DNA from: Paraphysomonas bandaiensis
Taxonomy: Eukaryota; Protista; Chrysophyceae
NCBI GenBank assembly: GCA_965644295.1
Contig: CBFFRP010000128.1
Coordinates: forward strand, 1-64,000
Direction: 5' to 3'
Length of the DNA: 64,000 nucleotides
The number at the start of each line of letters is the position of its first letter. Position 1 is the first letter of the stretch. Positions 49,967 through 63,463 of this stretch are shown piece after piece. Below the pieces are notes generated by a model. The model worked only from the letters and a program-made list of their open reading frames with translations. It was not told the DNA's origin and ran no database searches. Made by a program: the position numbers and the translations under genes.

Positions 49967-50382
49967 TATGTGTAGCACTTTTAGAGTATCTTCAGCTCAT
50001 TCAATGAATGTCGATATATTTGCACGCAGCATACATGTGCTATATGAACGACGTAGTATTTGTTGTACATGTTGCTGTCGGTACTATGTATTGTACAAGT
50101 GCTGTGAAAAGGCACCAGGTGGTGTCAGCTGCGTTGTTATTTCGTGGTTTTTGATGTGATGTAAAGTGTAAAGGACAGCTTGCGATGACGCATTGGTGTT
50201 GAAGCGTGATATATGGGCTGAAATCGCTGCAGAAGCATGCACAATGAAGAAAATACCTCCTAGTTTCTCTCTCATATGAAGGTTGAATTGCGTCTTGTAA
50301 TGTGTACAGTCCTGTCTATGCCACCTAAGAAATCGAGACGACGTGGAGCTATTAATTTTGTGGTGTGGACCTAGCACCTATA

Positions 50383-50672
50383 CAGGGCCGGTCAATATAT
50401 TGAATTGCAATATATTGCAAAATATTTAATAATTATTATTGCTCTTGAAAATATCATTATTTTTTATTTTTGCTGACAATATATTGTTTTTTATAGAGAG
50501 ATACGATGTATGAAACTAGCGTAAGCCAAGAATTAGGACGAATAGAAAAATACTTATGTAAGCAATAAGTTTATTAATTCAGTGACAGCTGGATTAATGA
50601 AATGCAACGTATACAGTTTTTTCCTTCTATATGACTATGGCTTTATACTGCTAACGTAATATTTCAGGCCTG
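50383..50672. mobile_element. Probable hAT MITE relic
   Basis: Ends CAGGGCC...GGCCTG; CAATATATTG repeats; no TSD. Confidence 0.45.
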
Positions 50673-50790
50673 ATAACCAGCAATTGTGCTAAAAATAATC
50701 CGATTGAAAACATATTATACAAGAACAAACTCTACAGTCAAACTAAAATCTAAGACTATTCAGAATAAGGTTATAATGTTTGAACGCAGC

Positions 50791-53700
50791 CTAGTTATGA
50801 AAGTACTTTTGGGGGTGTGCATATCTTCCTGACGACTTATTGCGAACAGCCTCTACAAAGAGTCTAGCCTCCTGCCAGAGGTGCGCCTTACGGGATGTCA
50901 TCGCACCATCTCCCTTTCTAATTTTAAACTGTTTCTTTATATGGTCTCGGCAACCAATCACTGGAATTTCTTTATGTGATAAAACAAGCGGCCGGACGGC
51001 AATCTATATTTAAAATGATTAGATCGGTACCCAAAATTTGAAACGATGAACCTCCAGAAATTCAAATTCCTCTAGTGCCTGTCTGCATGACAACAAATAC
51101 TTGCAACTGTAAGAAGAGTAATCGGTCGGCATCGACTCCTTCGATTCATTCATCGCCGCAGACGAATCATCAGAGTGCTGTCTCGAGACAGAACTAAGTC
51201 GTCGGGACACAGGCTTGCGACCTACGTTAACAGAGAAAATGATGCACGCAATACACCTATATTACGTAACAATCACCTGTGGAATGGAGCGAGAATGTAT
51301 TAAGAGCAAGTGACTCAACTAGATCGGCGTACACGTCAAGCACGCTTATGCAAATTATATGAAACAAAAACTCCTGCACCCAGAAAACTGTTAGACTACA
51401 TCATTGACTCAAGTGATAATATGACCTCATATTTAGTACTATCCGTGACCCAATCACGCATATCTGCGTCGGCAAATAACTTCGACCCACCCCCTGATTG
51501 CTTTTTACCGAGACTCGCAGCAACTGTCATTCCGGACAGAGTACAAAACAATTCACACTGCGGAGTATTTTTACATCACCACAACGAGGAATTGCAGTGA
51601 AAGCAATTCACCTGTATGCTCTCCAGCTCAAGAAGGACTTTAGAAACATGAGATGGAACAGAGTCTGCGGAAAGAAACTGTATTTGCTCCCAGGTTGAGG
51701 TCATTTCCGACTAATAAAAATACAAACATTAAAAAAGGGTAAAATACAGAGAATACTACAATACCTTCACTATTATTGAGTACGTTGCGTGTATATTGGT
51801 GCGGAAATAGAGTAACATGGCATCGAGATATTTAACGACTGCATTTTCTTCCATTACAGAGATAGAGCCGACAGAGAGCGCTATATTATCATACATTATC
51901 GGGTACGCTATTTGACGATCATTCGACATACCTATTCTATCATCAATTCCCTTCTCCTTTAACCTATCAAATTCAAAACAACGTTAGCAGCCAGTATACC
52001 ACACTAATACACAGCATACTTTTCTGGTCTCTTGGCAGGAGATGCTGGTGTGCTAAGAGAAATACTGTTCGTTCGTGACTTACGCTTCGTTGGTGTTACA
52101 CCCACTGCATCGTCATCATCATATGAAAACACCCCAGCTCCTATTCGAGACTTCCGTCGAGTCATCATCGTAGTTGGGTCCACAACAGAGGAGTCGTCAA
52201 CTATACGAGAGGCAGCTACAGTGTACATCAGAACGAAACTGCAAAGATGATATAACATACATCGTGCGATGGCCCCAGTTGAACTATCAATTGAACTTCT
52301 CGATGGAGCAGCAACTACATTCTCGAGAGGAAACAAAGTCTTTGTCTCTACCCACAACTAGAAAAACAACTAATTCATTGTCATAGAATATGACGAACAC
52401 TACACCTTTGACACTGTTTGTGTTCTTAAGTGAACACACGCTTTAATGAATTCCAAATTCTGATTTTTCGTCACTTGTACATGCTGAGTATCCTATAGAA
52501 AGCTTTTCACAAAAATGCCTATAATGCAGACACAATACCATAAGAGACATCTCCAAGTTCTCAAGCTCCAGTCGCGCCTTCAATACCTCTTCGCTAAACA
52601 GTGATGATGATTCACCACTCTCCGCAGTCTCCTAATTAAAACAGTAAACAATGTATGTACAATGCAGACCCAACCTCGACGTTCCCAGCAGCGGAACTCA
52701 CAGCACCACTAGAAGTTTTGGTGGCAGTTGCCATAATCGCAAGTGACGATATAAACCTATCCAGTAGACGCTGTATACACTCCCAGACAGAAAAAGCCAC
52801 CCAGTCTGGCCTTCGAATTACATCTACGAGGCGGTGGAGCTTACGCAAGGCGGCGTTTTCAAATACTCTGATGATCTCGTCCACCCCACGCTGTTTTACC
52901 TCTGTCACTGGCCCTGTATTCACCTCCAAGTCATCCCGTTCGCTTTGCAATGGTGCCAATCCAGCCCCAGTATTTGCAGTGGATGTCAGATACAAACAGC
53001 TGGTAATAAGCTGTTCCATTGACTCCTTCGCTATAGTTACCTCTCCATCCTCCGCTAGTGCGCGTAGAGTAGCGATTGCATCTCTATATGCAATAGACCC
53101 AAAAAAATTTATACTCTCAAAATCATCAGAAGTTACCTCCGAGCGCGGACCTTCTCTACCCATTAATACTGTCTCAATTACATCATATACTTCCGATATT
53201 TCCATTACTACTGTTGTTAGAAAGGGCTCTTTCAGCGGATTTTGAAGCATGCCTTGTGAAAATATGGGTTTACTGATAATTTCAGCTAAGAACGGAGAAT
53301 ATGATTTGGTTTTAAAACCCAGTATATTGCCACGAACAATATCCGAACAAATATTTAAAACATCACCAAGCTGCTTTGCCGATCCAGCAACACTTTGATT
53401 CCTCGCGTAAGTGGTGTTCATCGACCGGTTTACGCCTGTTCCGCCAAGATTTTTGCGTCCCTGTGTTGTAGGTGTTGTGTTAGTGGATATTACTGGCGCC
53501 TGCCCTGCTCCTGATGGTGCACTTGTCAGAATCTGTAGCAATCGGTGCACACTTGGAAGCCACATATCGATAAGATCAACTAGGCTTCTCGCAGTGGTGA
53601 CGCGGACCTTAGAGCAGAGAAACTCACTGTAGTCTATGTCTGGGTCCGCACCCCACTCTTCACCACCATCCCTATCTTTCTCTCTATGTCGTCTAGTTGA

Positions 53701-56634
53701 GTGCGACGCCTCGCTTGAGTCAACACTCAACGTATCTGACACATCACCCTCACTGTGCCTGTACTCCAGGTCATCAATATCCAAACCGAGTCGATCTCGC
53801 CGACTATCAGTGTACTTATGGGAAAAGTCTTGCGAGTTGTCAGATTCATAGCCATTGCTTTCACCACTATCATACATGCTCAATCCCCGAACAGCATCTA
53901 GCAAGCCATCATTCACTACAGAATGCCGACGTCTCCTCGTGGCCGCGTTTCGGATCGAGGCGGCTGTATGCCTACTCTCTTGTGTACAGTGGATTGACAC
54001 CGACCTTCCCCCAGCACGTTTCTCTCCATCACCCAAGGATGGATCACGATGCATAAGATTAAGTTCTTGACCTCGCATGAATGCCTTCATCAAGTTCTCA
54101 CTAAACTTCACACCCGTTTGTTTTATTTGTTCCTCAAAAGTCGCCATCTGTTTTTCAAAAGACTGCTGCAATATTGCGCGGCACCCCTCCTCATCTTCTA
54201 GCTCGCGCAATAATTTAACAAGGCGCTGGAGAACCGGCAAAACGGGAGATGGTGAGTATAATATATCTATGACCTTTTGTTTCATATCGAAGATAGTCTG
54301 GTCGGCCCGTTGTGAGACACGCTTCAGTATACGGAGACCAGAGGTGGCGGGCAAGGACTGCACTCTCCTGTACACATTCAATACACTCTCATACTCTCCC
54401 TGTGCAAGAAGCTGTTGCATTGCATAAGGATATTCAAGAGTAGACACGAGTCGCTTCAAAATCTGGTCTGCATTCTTCAGTTGGCGGGAACGATGCATGC
54501 GCGTTAGGATCGGAGACAGCGTATTCTGTGCCTCTTGTTTGGCCTGTGATGGAGTGACGTTCACTAGCAAAATCAATTACTAAACAGACAAAAACCTTCT
54601 CAAGGAACTCAATCGCTTGGCGCATTCTGTTCTCTGGGACTACTCCGCTGTCCTCCTCTCCTGGCACCGGTGGCAGCTTTTTGTTGTGGAGTATGCCACT
54701 ACAAAGCAAAGAAATCAAACCATAAAATATAATGAATACTTATATATCATTACACTGAGCTGCGCCGCCTATGGTGCTGCGTATTGGGCCCTGGACTTCC
54801 CCCTCCGGGCGTACTGTCACACCAAATCCAAGCGTTAGGTCAGATATGCACATATATATATACATACCCCAATTTTGAGTTGGATTGTTTCCCCGTCACT
54901 TTTACCCCATTAGCTGCACATTCATAACATCCTTGTACTCTTTATTCAAATAATCTTACCAGATTGTGTGTGGAATTCTTTCAGCCACTCTAAACCATCT
55001 ACACAGTGCACAAAAAGACCGTAGTGTTGTCTCACCAGATCCTCCCGGCGACTGCTCTGTTGATTAAGTCTCACTTTCAAGTTCTTCGTGAAACACTCAT
55101 TAGTTTGAGATAAAAAGAGATGCATCGCGTTACCTCCAAGCCGCTCCTTAGTTCATCAATAGTTGCATTACCATGCACAAGGCTTAAGAAAAGTTCCGGC
55201 AAGAAGTTTTTATCGGACGGGAGGACTGACCCCACAGTTTCCATTGTGGTACCCCTGCGGATTAATTAATTAGATGGACTGTGTGAAGTATACGCATGAG
55301 TGGTGTACAACACGATAACTGATTCTGAGAAAGAATGTGTAGCATACATGGTGTCTGTGTGCCTCTTTCTGTTCAACCCTTCGTCTCCGTCAGCAGAACT
55401 ATCATCATTCTCCTCGTCATCCTCCATTATGTCAGGACTCGATCCCATGGCACTTTTACTGGAAGTAGTCCTGCCTCGCGACTTGCTCACGCTTTTCATT
55501 GATTGCTGCATCATCTTTATAATTCCAAGTCTCTGGCCGGGCTTCATGATGCCTGTGGCCCGCCTTTGAGCGCGTCCTAGGTTGTCTTTGGCCGGTCCCC
55601 TTTCCTGGTTGCTGCTTATACCAGAGAGGTGCATTGCCTGGGTCGCCTTGAGGTCTACTCCACTAAGTCCCAAGGGATCGGGAACCGTCTGAACAACATC
55701 TGCACCGTCTGTTTCCTCCTGTGATTCACAGTACAACGCGCTCTCATTACACAAACCAGAACTTAAGGACGGCACAACAAACCTCGCTACCGAAGCCTTC
55801 CTCGTCGGGTTGAAGGGGTACGCATGTCAATCGCACGCTACTCCACTCTTTAGGTCGACTTACTGTGCGTTCATTTGGTCGTAACGCCATGTTCGCCACC
55901 TATACGCAGTAACACAAACATCCGTACAGTTAACCTCCGGTAAAAGTCAAAGATAGGAATTCCTCACCTCTTCCTTTGCAGTGTGATGCAACCAGTCCAT
56001 GAATCTAGCTTGACACGCTGCGTCCCCCTCGCACATATACTCAATACTGATAGGATCGGGATCACCCTGCGCATTCACATGGCATTGTAGCAATAGCGCA
56101 AGTATTTCACAGGCATCTTCTGCGTTACCACACCGTGATGACCCCGACATCAGGCTGGATGTGTTCTCGGCAGCAATGTGCTTGACGAAGTTGATTTGCC
56201 GGAGCGACTCAGGAGGCAGACGTACAAAACGGTCAAAGAAGACATTAAAGAAATCATCGTCATTTTCTTCAGCTCCCAGGCATATTAAGAACTTGATCAA
56301 TGAAATTACATTGGAACATATACGCTTCAGCTGTCCTCCATGCTTTGTGGACAACGAGCCGCTCCAACCCAGAAGCCCAATAATATTCTCCTCAGGATCT
56401 CCAAGAAATAGTTGATCTATACATTCATCTCCCATCTGGTATTGTATTATGCTTATATTCATATGACCATATATATATATGTCTCACCTGACAGGGTCTG
56501 TATGTCTGTATGTACTCTTGATACCGTTTTATTCCTTTAACTCTAACGGCATTATTGGGGCTATTCAAGTCCTTTAATAAAAACTTTATTTGATTCTCAG
56601 CAAAATTAGCTGATCTTCTGACAGTATCCATCAT
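50791..56634 (-). CDS. EXOC2: Exocyst subunit Sec5/EXOC2-like, multi-exon, with N-terminal extension
   Basis: PDPLGL; FLPELFLSLVHGNATIDEL..GL; LVRQHYGLFVHC.DG; LEYP..MQQLLAQGEYESV..Y.R. Exons are linked by GT-AG introns; the exon structure is approximate. Confidence 0.8.
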
Positions 56635-57200
56635 GATTCCCTCTATCGGCTATATGCCAGTTAACACTGTCTACACACGTATATATATATATATATCGAT
56701 AGAGGCACACCCCGCACCAGACACACGATCAACTGGTCTTGTTATTCACGAGGAAAGGATTGGAAGTCACACAATGGTGGAGTTAGTTGTGTATCATGTG
56801 AGGGATGTTGAGATATAGCACACTGAACATGTATGTGTAGATGATCAACTGAACTATAGGCAGCTTCGTACATAGAGTACATATGGAGATCCACACATAC
56901 AGTACAATATGGTGATTTTCAAATATATATCTTACAAAAATAGGGGGTTTTATGGAGGAAAATCAACCCCCCCCCTCATAATGTACTGCTGCATTTATGT
57001 ACGTATGTATAGGTATATGTACATGTGGATGTAGTAGATACGTACTAGTGATCTACGTACATACCATACACTCTATGTATGTGTATGTGTATGTGTATGT
57101 GTCTAGTGTATAGCTATAGTGGTATAGTCATCGCCACAGCACTCATTCTTACTGTACTTCATCTGATCGTAACTATCTTTACGGTTTGCTGTATTTAAGT

Positions 57201-58810
57201 ATGATATACTCCATCCTCGTTTCTTTCTTCCTTGCTAGTTTCATAGTATGTGATGCAGGCGTCCCTACTTATGGTATGTATGTATAAATCTGTGTGATTA
57301 CAGACCTAACTGGACGGATATTATTAATAGTGATGCTACCTCTGGATACCGTTACATCAAGCCTTACTATCAATGATCCGGATGGCCTTTACAATACTAT
57401 GCTACAGCTTAAGAGCGGAGGGGTGGAGGGTGTCATGGCAGGTGATGACTGTGATCCCACCTCATCATTACCTAATTAATATCCTTAGATTGCTGGTGGG
57501 GCCTCGTTGAGTCGGAAGAATCAAAGTATAACTTTGACCCGTATTTACAGCTTACTCAGATGGCCGCTGATGCTGGTCTCAAGATGCAGTATGTGATGAG
57601 CTTCCATCGCTGCGGTATTTGTGTTCATGATGTAGGGCTGTGCACCACGTAATCGTGTTTTCAGGGGGCAATGTGGGAGATACGTGCAATTATCCGCTAC
57701 CGGATTGGGTGTTGAACTCTGCTGATGATATATGGTACGAAGACCAGCATGGTAACAAGGACACAGAGTACGTGGCTCTGTTCGCAGACAACGAAGCCGT
57801 GCTGGGATCCGCCAATCGCACACCTCTTCAAGTTTACGAGAATTTCATGAGTGCCTTCAAATCATCCCTATGTGCGTCGATATTTAATTATTCATATACA
57901 TCACCATAACTTCTCCATATTTTAGCCAAGTTTATTGGAAGTACCGTGGTTGAGATTCAGGTGGGCGCAGGCCCTGCGGGTGAGCTGCGCTATCCCTCGT
58001 ACCAGATGGACAAGTGGGAGTTCTGTGGTGTCGGAGAGTTTCAGAGCTACTCCCCCTTGGCGTCGTCTTCTCTACAGGCAGCAGCAAATGAAGCAGGACA
58101 TCCGGAATGGGGAACTCCCGCAGGCCCCTCCAATGCTGGGTCATACAACTCTCATCCTTCTGACTCTGATGCGTCGTTTTTTTCACCGTCCGGAGAGAAT
58201 AATTACAGCAGTGAGTATGGCCAGTTTTATCTTGGGTGGTATACGGACTCTCTTCTTCGGCATGGACAGGCACTTCTCGATAGGGCAGGAAAAGTATTTG
58301 ATTCCTCTGTTCGTCTATCTCTCAAGGTGTGGTTATATTCGCAGGTGAAAGGTTGTAGTAATATTGTTGCGGTAGGTTGCCGGAATCCATTGGTGGTACC
58401 TGGACGCCTCTCACGCCGCAGAGCTTACAGCAGGATACTGGAATATTGAGGGGGACAATGGCAGGGACGTATATGGGGAGATCGCTTCGATGGTGTCGGC
58501 CGTGAATGCGACTTTCGACTTTACGTGTCTTGAGATGAAGGACTCTGAGCAGCCTGCAGAGTGCCTCTGTGGACCTTACGAACTCGTACAGCAGACCAAG
58601 CAATCGGCTATCAATTATAAGGCCGATTATAGCGGCGAAAATGCTCTTCAGCGATACGATCAAACTGCCTACGATACTATCAAGTCCCAGTCCTCATCTT
58701 TGGGACACAATATCGATGCTTTCACTTATCTACGACTAACTGACGATCTCTTGTCTGGATCTAACTGGAACACCTTTACGCAATTCGTGAACGATATGCG
58801 AAACCTTTAA
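57201..58810 (+). CDS. Beta-amylase (GH14) with signal peptide
   Basis: YVMLPLD, DCWWGLVE, MSFHRCGGNVGD, GPAGELRYPSY, GIHWWY, HAAELTAGY, FTCLEM, GENAL and FTYLR motifs. Confidence 0.96.
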
Positions 58811-59456
58811 GTTGTGTGCTTAAAAAATCTCTAGCACGAGTCGACCCCGTACTTTATTTATACAAAGTACGCTAACATTTAGTACCTGTGTTTGTGGTAG
58901 GATATTGGAAATGCTCATTTATGACGCAATCGATATTTTCAAGATAAATTCGATATTTAATTACAATATCTACACCATCTCTATGTAGTGCTTTGCTCTT
59001 GAATCAATATGGCCATAGCCGAGCGATAAGATCCGAATCTGAACTGTCACACTACTCACTCCGCAGTATGTAGTATGTAGACATAGCGCAGCCCCACCGA
59101 TACACTACAATTTCGCACCGATTCTGCTCAGCTACCAAATGCTGTCTCATGTCCTCCCTTTGTTTATGGTGTTCACCGCGTCATTTCAAACAAGAGGCAT
59201 CCATGGGTCCCATGTATAGCGAATGCTATTGCATCGTTTAGCATCCTATTCATTTTTCCCGTGTTATATCAGATATCAGTATTTACTATGTAGATTAATT
59301 TCTGCAACTACTACTTCCTTGTCCCTCGTCTACCTTTAAAACTGTGAATGATGGGAGTCAGTTAGATGGTCTGGCGTCTGGCGTAAGTAAGCAATAAGCA
59401 GTGTGTTATATTTTTTAATGGTGTGCTATATTTGAAACCAAGTCATAGTTTGAAAG

Positions 59457-59900
59457 CAGGGTTGCATATCAACTATAATTGCAATTATTACTTGCTGTCT
59501 CAATTTCAATTATTGCAATTATTTCGTACTAAACTATACATTACCTGCTAATATAGCTACTTCAACTGTCATTTCATTCCAGAGGCGACGGTTCATGCGT
59601 AATAACATAATTAATATTAAATGCAAGTCAGCCACAACAATCTTAGCTCTACTGAACAACCTTTCAACCTTACTGGTTGTGATATGCAAGTGCTTCATGC
59701 TGCAGAGACGAGATCGCTTCAAGACGTGCTCGCCTCCGCTGTCTGCTACCATCATTCTGAACTAGACTCGCACTGCTATCATCCATCAACGTTCCTTGCT
59801 GTACGTCCATCCATCAACTGTCAAACCGAAATGCATAGGAAGCATGGCTTCGATCTTGCATTCGGCCTTTCATATACCTCATCATCAATGTTAATCTCAA
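59457..59900 (-). mobile_element. hAT relic
   Basis: CAGGGTTGC end with AATTGC repeats; SKVERLFSRAK...LRMNRRLW motif. Confidence 0.7.
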
Positions 59901-60374
59901 AATAGTACCCAACCTGGTGGTTGTCGTGTCAACGGTTTTTCCACGGACGGAAAAGGAAGATCATCTATTATCACCCACTACAATCAGTGATACGCATTAC
60001 ATACTTAAGATGATACGTTGTCCTTGACATACTTATCCATCGCACCACACCTCCACCCAAAAACCTTTCTTTCGTTTCAGAGCACCTTTCCCTACAGGAC
60101 ACTTCCGGAATTATCAAGTCTCTATTGCAACCTCTTCGTTAGTATATTATTATCATTTATTTTATCAAATAACACTCGTGTAGTGACTTCTGGTGCCAGT
60201 TTATCGCCGAATTTTCCGGAACTGTAATAATCTAAGAGCGCAAACGCATATAATTTCTTAATCACAAATTGATTCTTGTTGTTCAACTCCCTGTACTGAC
60301 ATTTTCGATCGCCTTGAGACATGTTCGCACAGATCGTTGAAAATTTCCACAGATGTAAGTTGTGGTAGGGATGC

Positions 60375-61022
60375 AATGGCCGACGCATTCGGACGCCACA
60401 TATCCAGCTCACTGTTCGAACATCAATTCCACGCCTTAGAAAAATCCATCGCCTCTATCCTACTCCCCCTATATGATGGAGGGCTCCGCATGCTTCGCAA
60501 TAGGGGACACAGACACCACAACGTAGACACGGCACCGGCGACACCGGTCCCGACACACGCAAAGCAACACCAGCCCCAGGATACCCACCCGACACCAAAA
60601 GTACTCCAGCTACTCCAGGCGACATCCACCCCACGAACTACACTCTCTGCAAGAGCCCAGACCCGACAGAGGCAAGCGCAACCACTCCGGAAACAACTTC
60701 TCCTTACTTGTAGCCGAAACCCCACCTCAACAACCAGCACCATCTCCACCACCGACTTGCACTCTCATATACATCTCGCCTCACCCACCCCCCACATAAT
60801 CCATGGTACAGGCCCGCCAGACACATTGCCCAAAGGTAGACCCCCCGACTAACCTCACTACAAGGGACGGTTGCACCATGGTGCTCGCAGCGATGCACAA
60901 GCAGTCCCGAGACGGTTGCCCGCCACTAGTAGTATATAGCAAATCTAGTTATTAGCTAGTCTATAGACATAAACTAGTTTCTGTACGCAACCGTACTCAT
61001 GTAATAATTAGACTTTCATATA
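60375..61022 (+). mobile_element. 5'-truncated non-LTR retrotransposon with ORF C-terminus (GRPPD*) and 12-bp TSD
   Basis: TSD TGGTAGGGATGC at 60363-60374 and 61023-61034; ORF tail to 60852; conserved 3'-UTR core at ~60868-60905; ends AGACTTTCAT. Confidence 0.85.
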
Positions 61023-62078
61023 TGGTAGGGATGCTGCACTAACCCTTGGTGCAGCTCTCACGTTCAGTTCTCCCGGCCACAACAGTCAAGTGCACAGGCT
61101 CATTTCTGCTACGAACACACCTGAATCCTTCGCATTGGCTTGAGCAGCTAATGCCATGCGTTCTCTGCCTGCTGATATAGCTACTTGAGCCGATATATTA
61201 TCTGGAACCGAATTCAGTATCCAAGAACCAATCCACCTGTCCCTTCGTTAGCCTACATACGTATATAAGTACATATGTAGATACACTGCTGTATGGTTAT
61301 GTATATGCATGTGATGTACCTATACGTTGATACCTTATCCAGTGCTTGGACATCACCTCACCTCGCTCGTAGACCTCACGCACAGGATGTTGCCGATATA
61401 CTCCTTAACGCTGACTTCTATAGCATGATTAGCCGCTATACGACTGAGACTGTCAGCTGTAATAGTGTGGCAGTTGTAACCCGTCTCAAGTGCGGCTAGA
61501 ACAGATCCATCAACTTCACTGAAAGTGTTTGTCTTTATGCGAGGTTTCATTAAGATCTCGTTAACTGAAGTCGTATGCTCTGTATGTATAGTTATATAGA
61601 GACTATGGAAACACACATACACACACACATACACATACACACACATACACACAGGCAGTATACTTATAATAAGATCATATTCAGTGACTCATATACATCA
61701 CACTTCATGCACTTCGAAGTCAGTTAGAAGTGTTCTAGAGTTGAAGTTTGCTACAATACAATAAGGGGGGGTTTCGTGACACATATCCCCTGGATATGGG
61801 GGTTTTCAACTTAATTCATAGGGTTTTCTACTTTTTTTTTCCTCTTCTACTTACAAACTGCTGGACAGTATTGTGAGGGAGAGCGGGTGTGAAAAAAACT
61901 TTTTTTTCTCTCTTCTTCAATCTTCTTTGATCGCGATTACAAAACTTGCTCACCTACATTAAACAGTACCATAAACCCACAATTACCATGATAAGCACTG
62001 CAAATCAAGGTGATTTCTTCTACAATGTGTTGAAGCAACCTTCTCTCACATGTTTGTCATTCGCAGCACCATATTTAC

Positions 62079-63109
62079 ATGTATTCCGAGGCTTTCCGTC
62101 TTTTAATTTTGGATGTGTTTGATCACTCTCTGGAAATCACAAATTCTGTGGCCGCATCACTAGATCATATATACGAGAAATACGATGTGTCCCAAAGCAC
62201 AGTTAGAAGGTGGTTGGACAAATATCTGGACACTGGATCAGTTAAACCAGAGTCTTCACACCATTCGCACCACACTGTCATTTCACTCGAGCATATCAAT
62301 TTTGTTAAAGAGTTGCTGGCAGAAAATTCAACTTATTCCAACGAAGAATTATGCGAAAAGGTTTTTAATGTGTACGGCGTGGCGTACTTGGAGCACCAAA
62401 TGAAGCATGCCATGAACACTGAGGGCTATACCGTAAAAGTTTGTCAAAGAATTTCCCACAACAGAAATGAGGGCTTGAGGCGTTACTATAAGAATAATTT
62501 GGCCCGATCATTGGATGAAATTCCAGCTCGCTGCTATGCTGTTGTGGACGAATCACATCTCCAGCCGGCAGAAGTTCTACGCCGATATGGGCGTTCACCA
62601 CATGGCTACCCTGCCTTCGTGAGTGGTGATGTTATAGGCCACTTCAATCCCCAAGTTAGTTGTTGTGCCATTGCTGCAATGTCTATCGAAGGAGTTTTTG
62701 CTGTTACTGTACACGAAGAAAATGTTGATCATAATACATTTCTAGATGCCCTAGAACATGACATCTTTCCCCACATGAACCCTTTTCCTGGGGATCGCAG
62801 TGTGCTGCTCATGGATAATGCTTCGACGCACGTGAAGATAGATATTTATAATATGTGTGCAGAATTCGGCGTGATGGTTGTGTTTCTCCCCCTTATTCTT
62901 ATGATTTTTCACCAATTGAACCCGTATTTCATCTTGCCAAAGCGCACATTAGAAAGAAGTGGGGAATTATGTACGCATATAAACCACTTGCAGCTCAACT
63001 ACATGAAGCTTTGTGGTCATGCTGTACTGCCGAAACTGCGTGCAATTTATTCAATCGAGTGGATATTACCGTTACTTGGAAAGAACAGTGCGAAGCCTGT
63101 AACTATTGA
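62079..63109 (+). mobile_element. IS630/Tc1-mariner DD34E transposase with a one-base frameshift
   Basis: HTH region (VSQSTVRRW); VVDESH and LMDNASTH; the frame switches at the C-run near 62890 to PPYSYDFSPIE. Confidence 0.9.
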
Positions 63110-63463
63110 TCATTTGCAGATTATACTCTATACTCTACTCACTAGTTACTAATATAGATGTACTGATGATTGAATGTGATATGCTTGCTACTACTTCGTG
63201 ATAGAATATGATTAATTATACGCAATAGATTCAAGTAATATTAATAAATCAAAAAAACAAAATTTTGAAAAGTTTGTGGAGAATTTAAAATATCAGTTCA
63301 TACAGTTGCATACTAAGAAGAAAAAAGAAAATCGGTTAGTGAGTCTAAACCTAAATTTCGATGCATCGGAGCGTATGTGTTAAATTCATCCAAAAATTAC
63401 CAAGATTCGAAATAAATAATAAATGAGACCCGGCAGATAACGATTGACTGCAATCTGTTCTAT

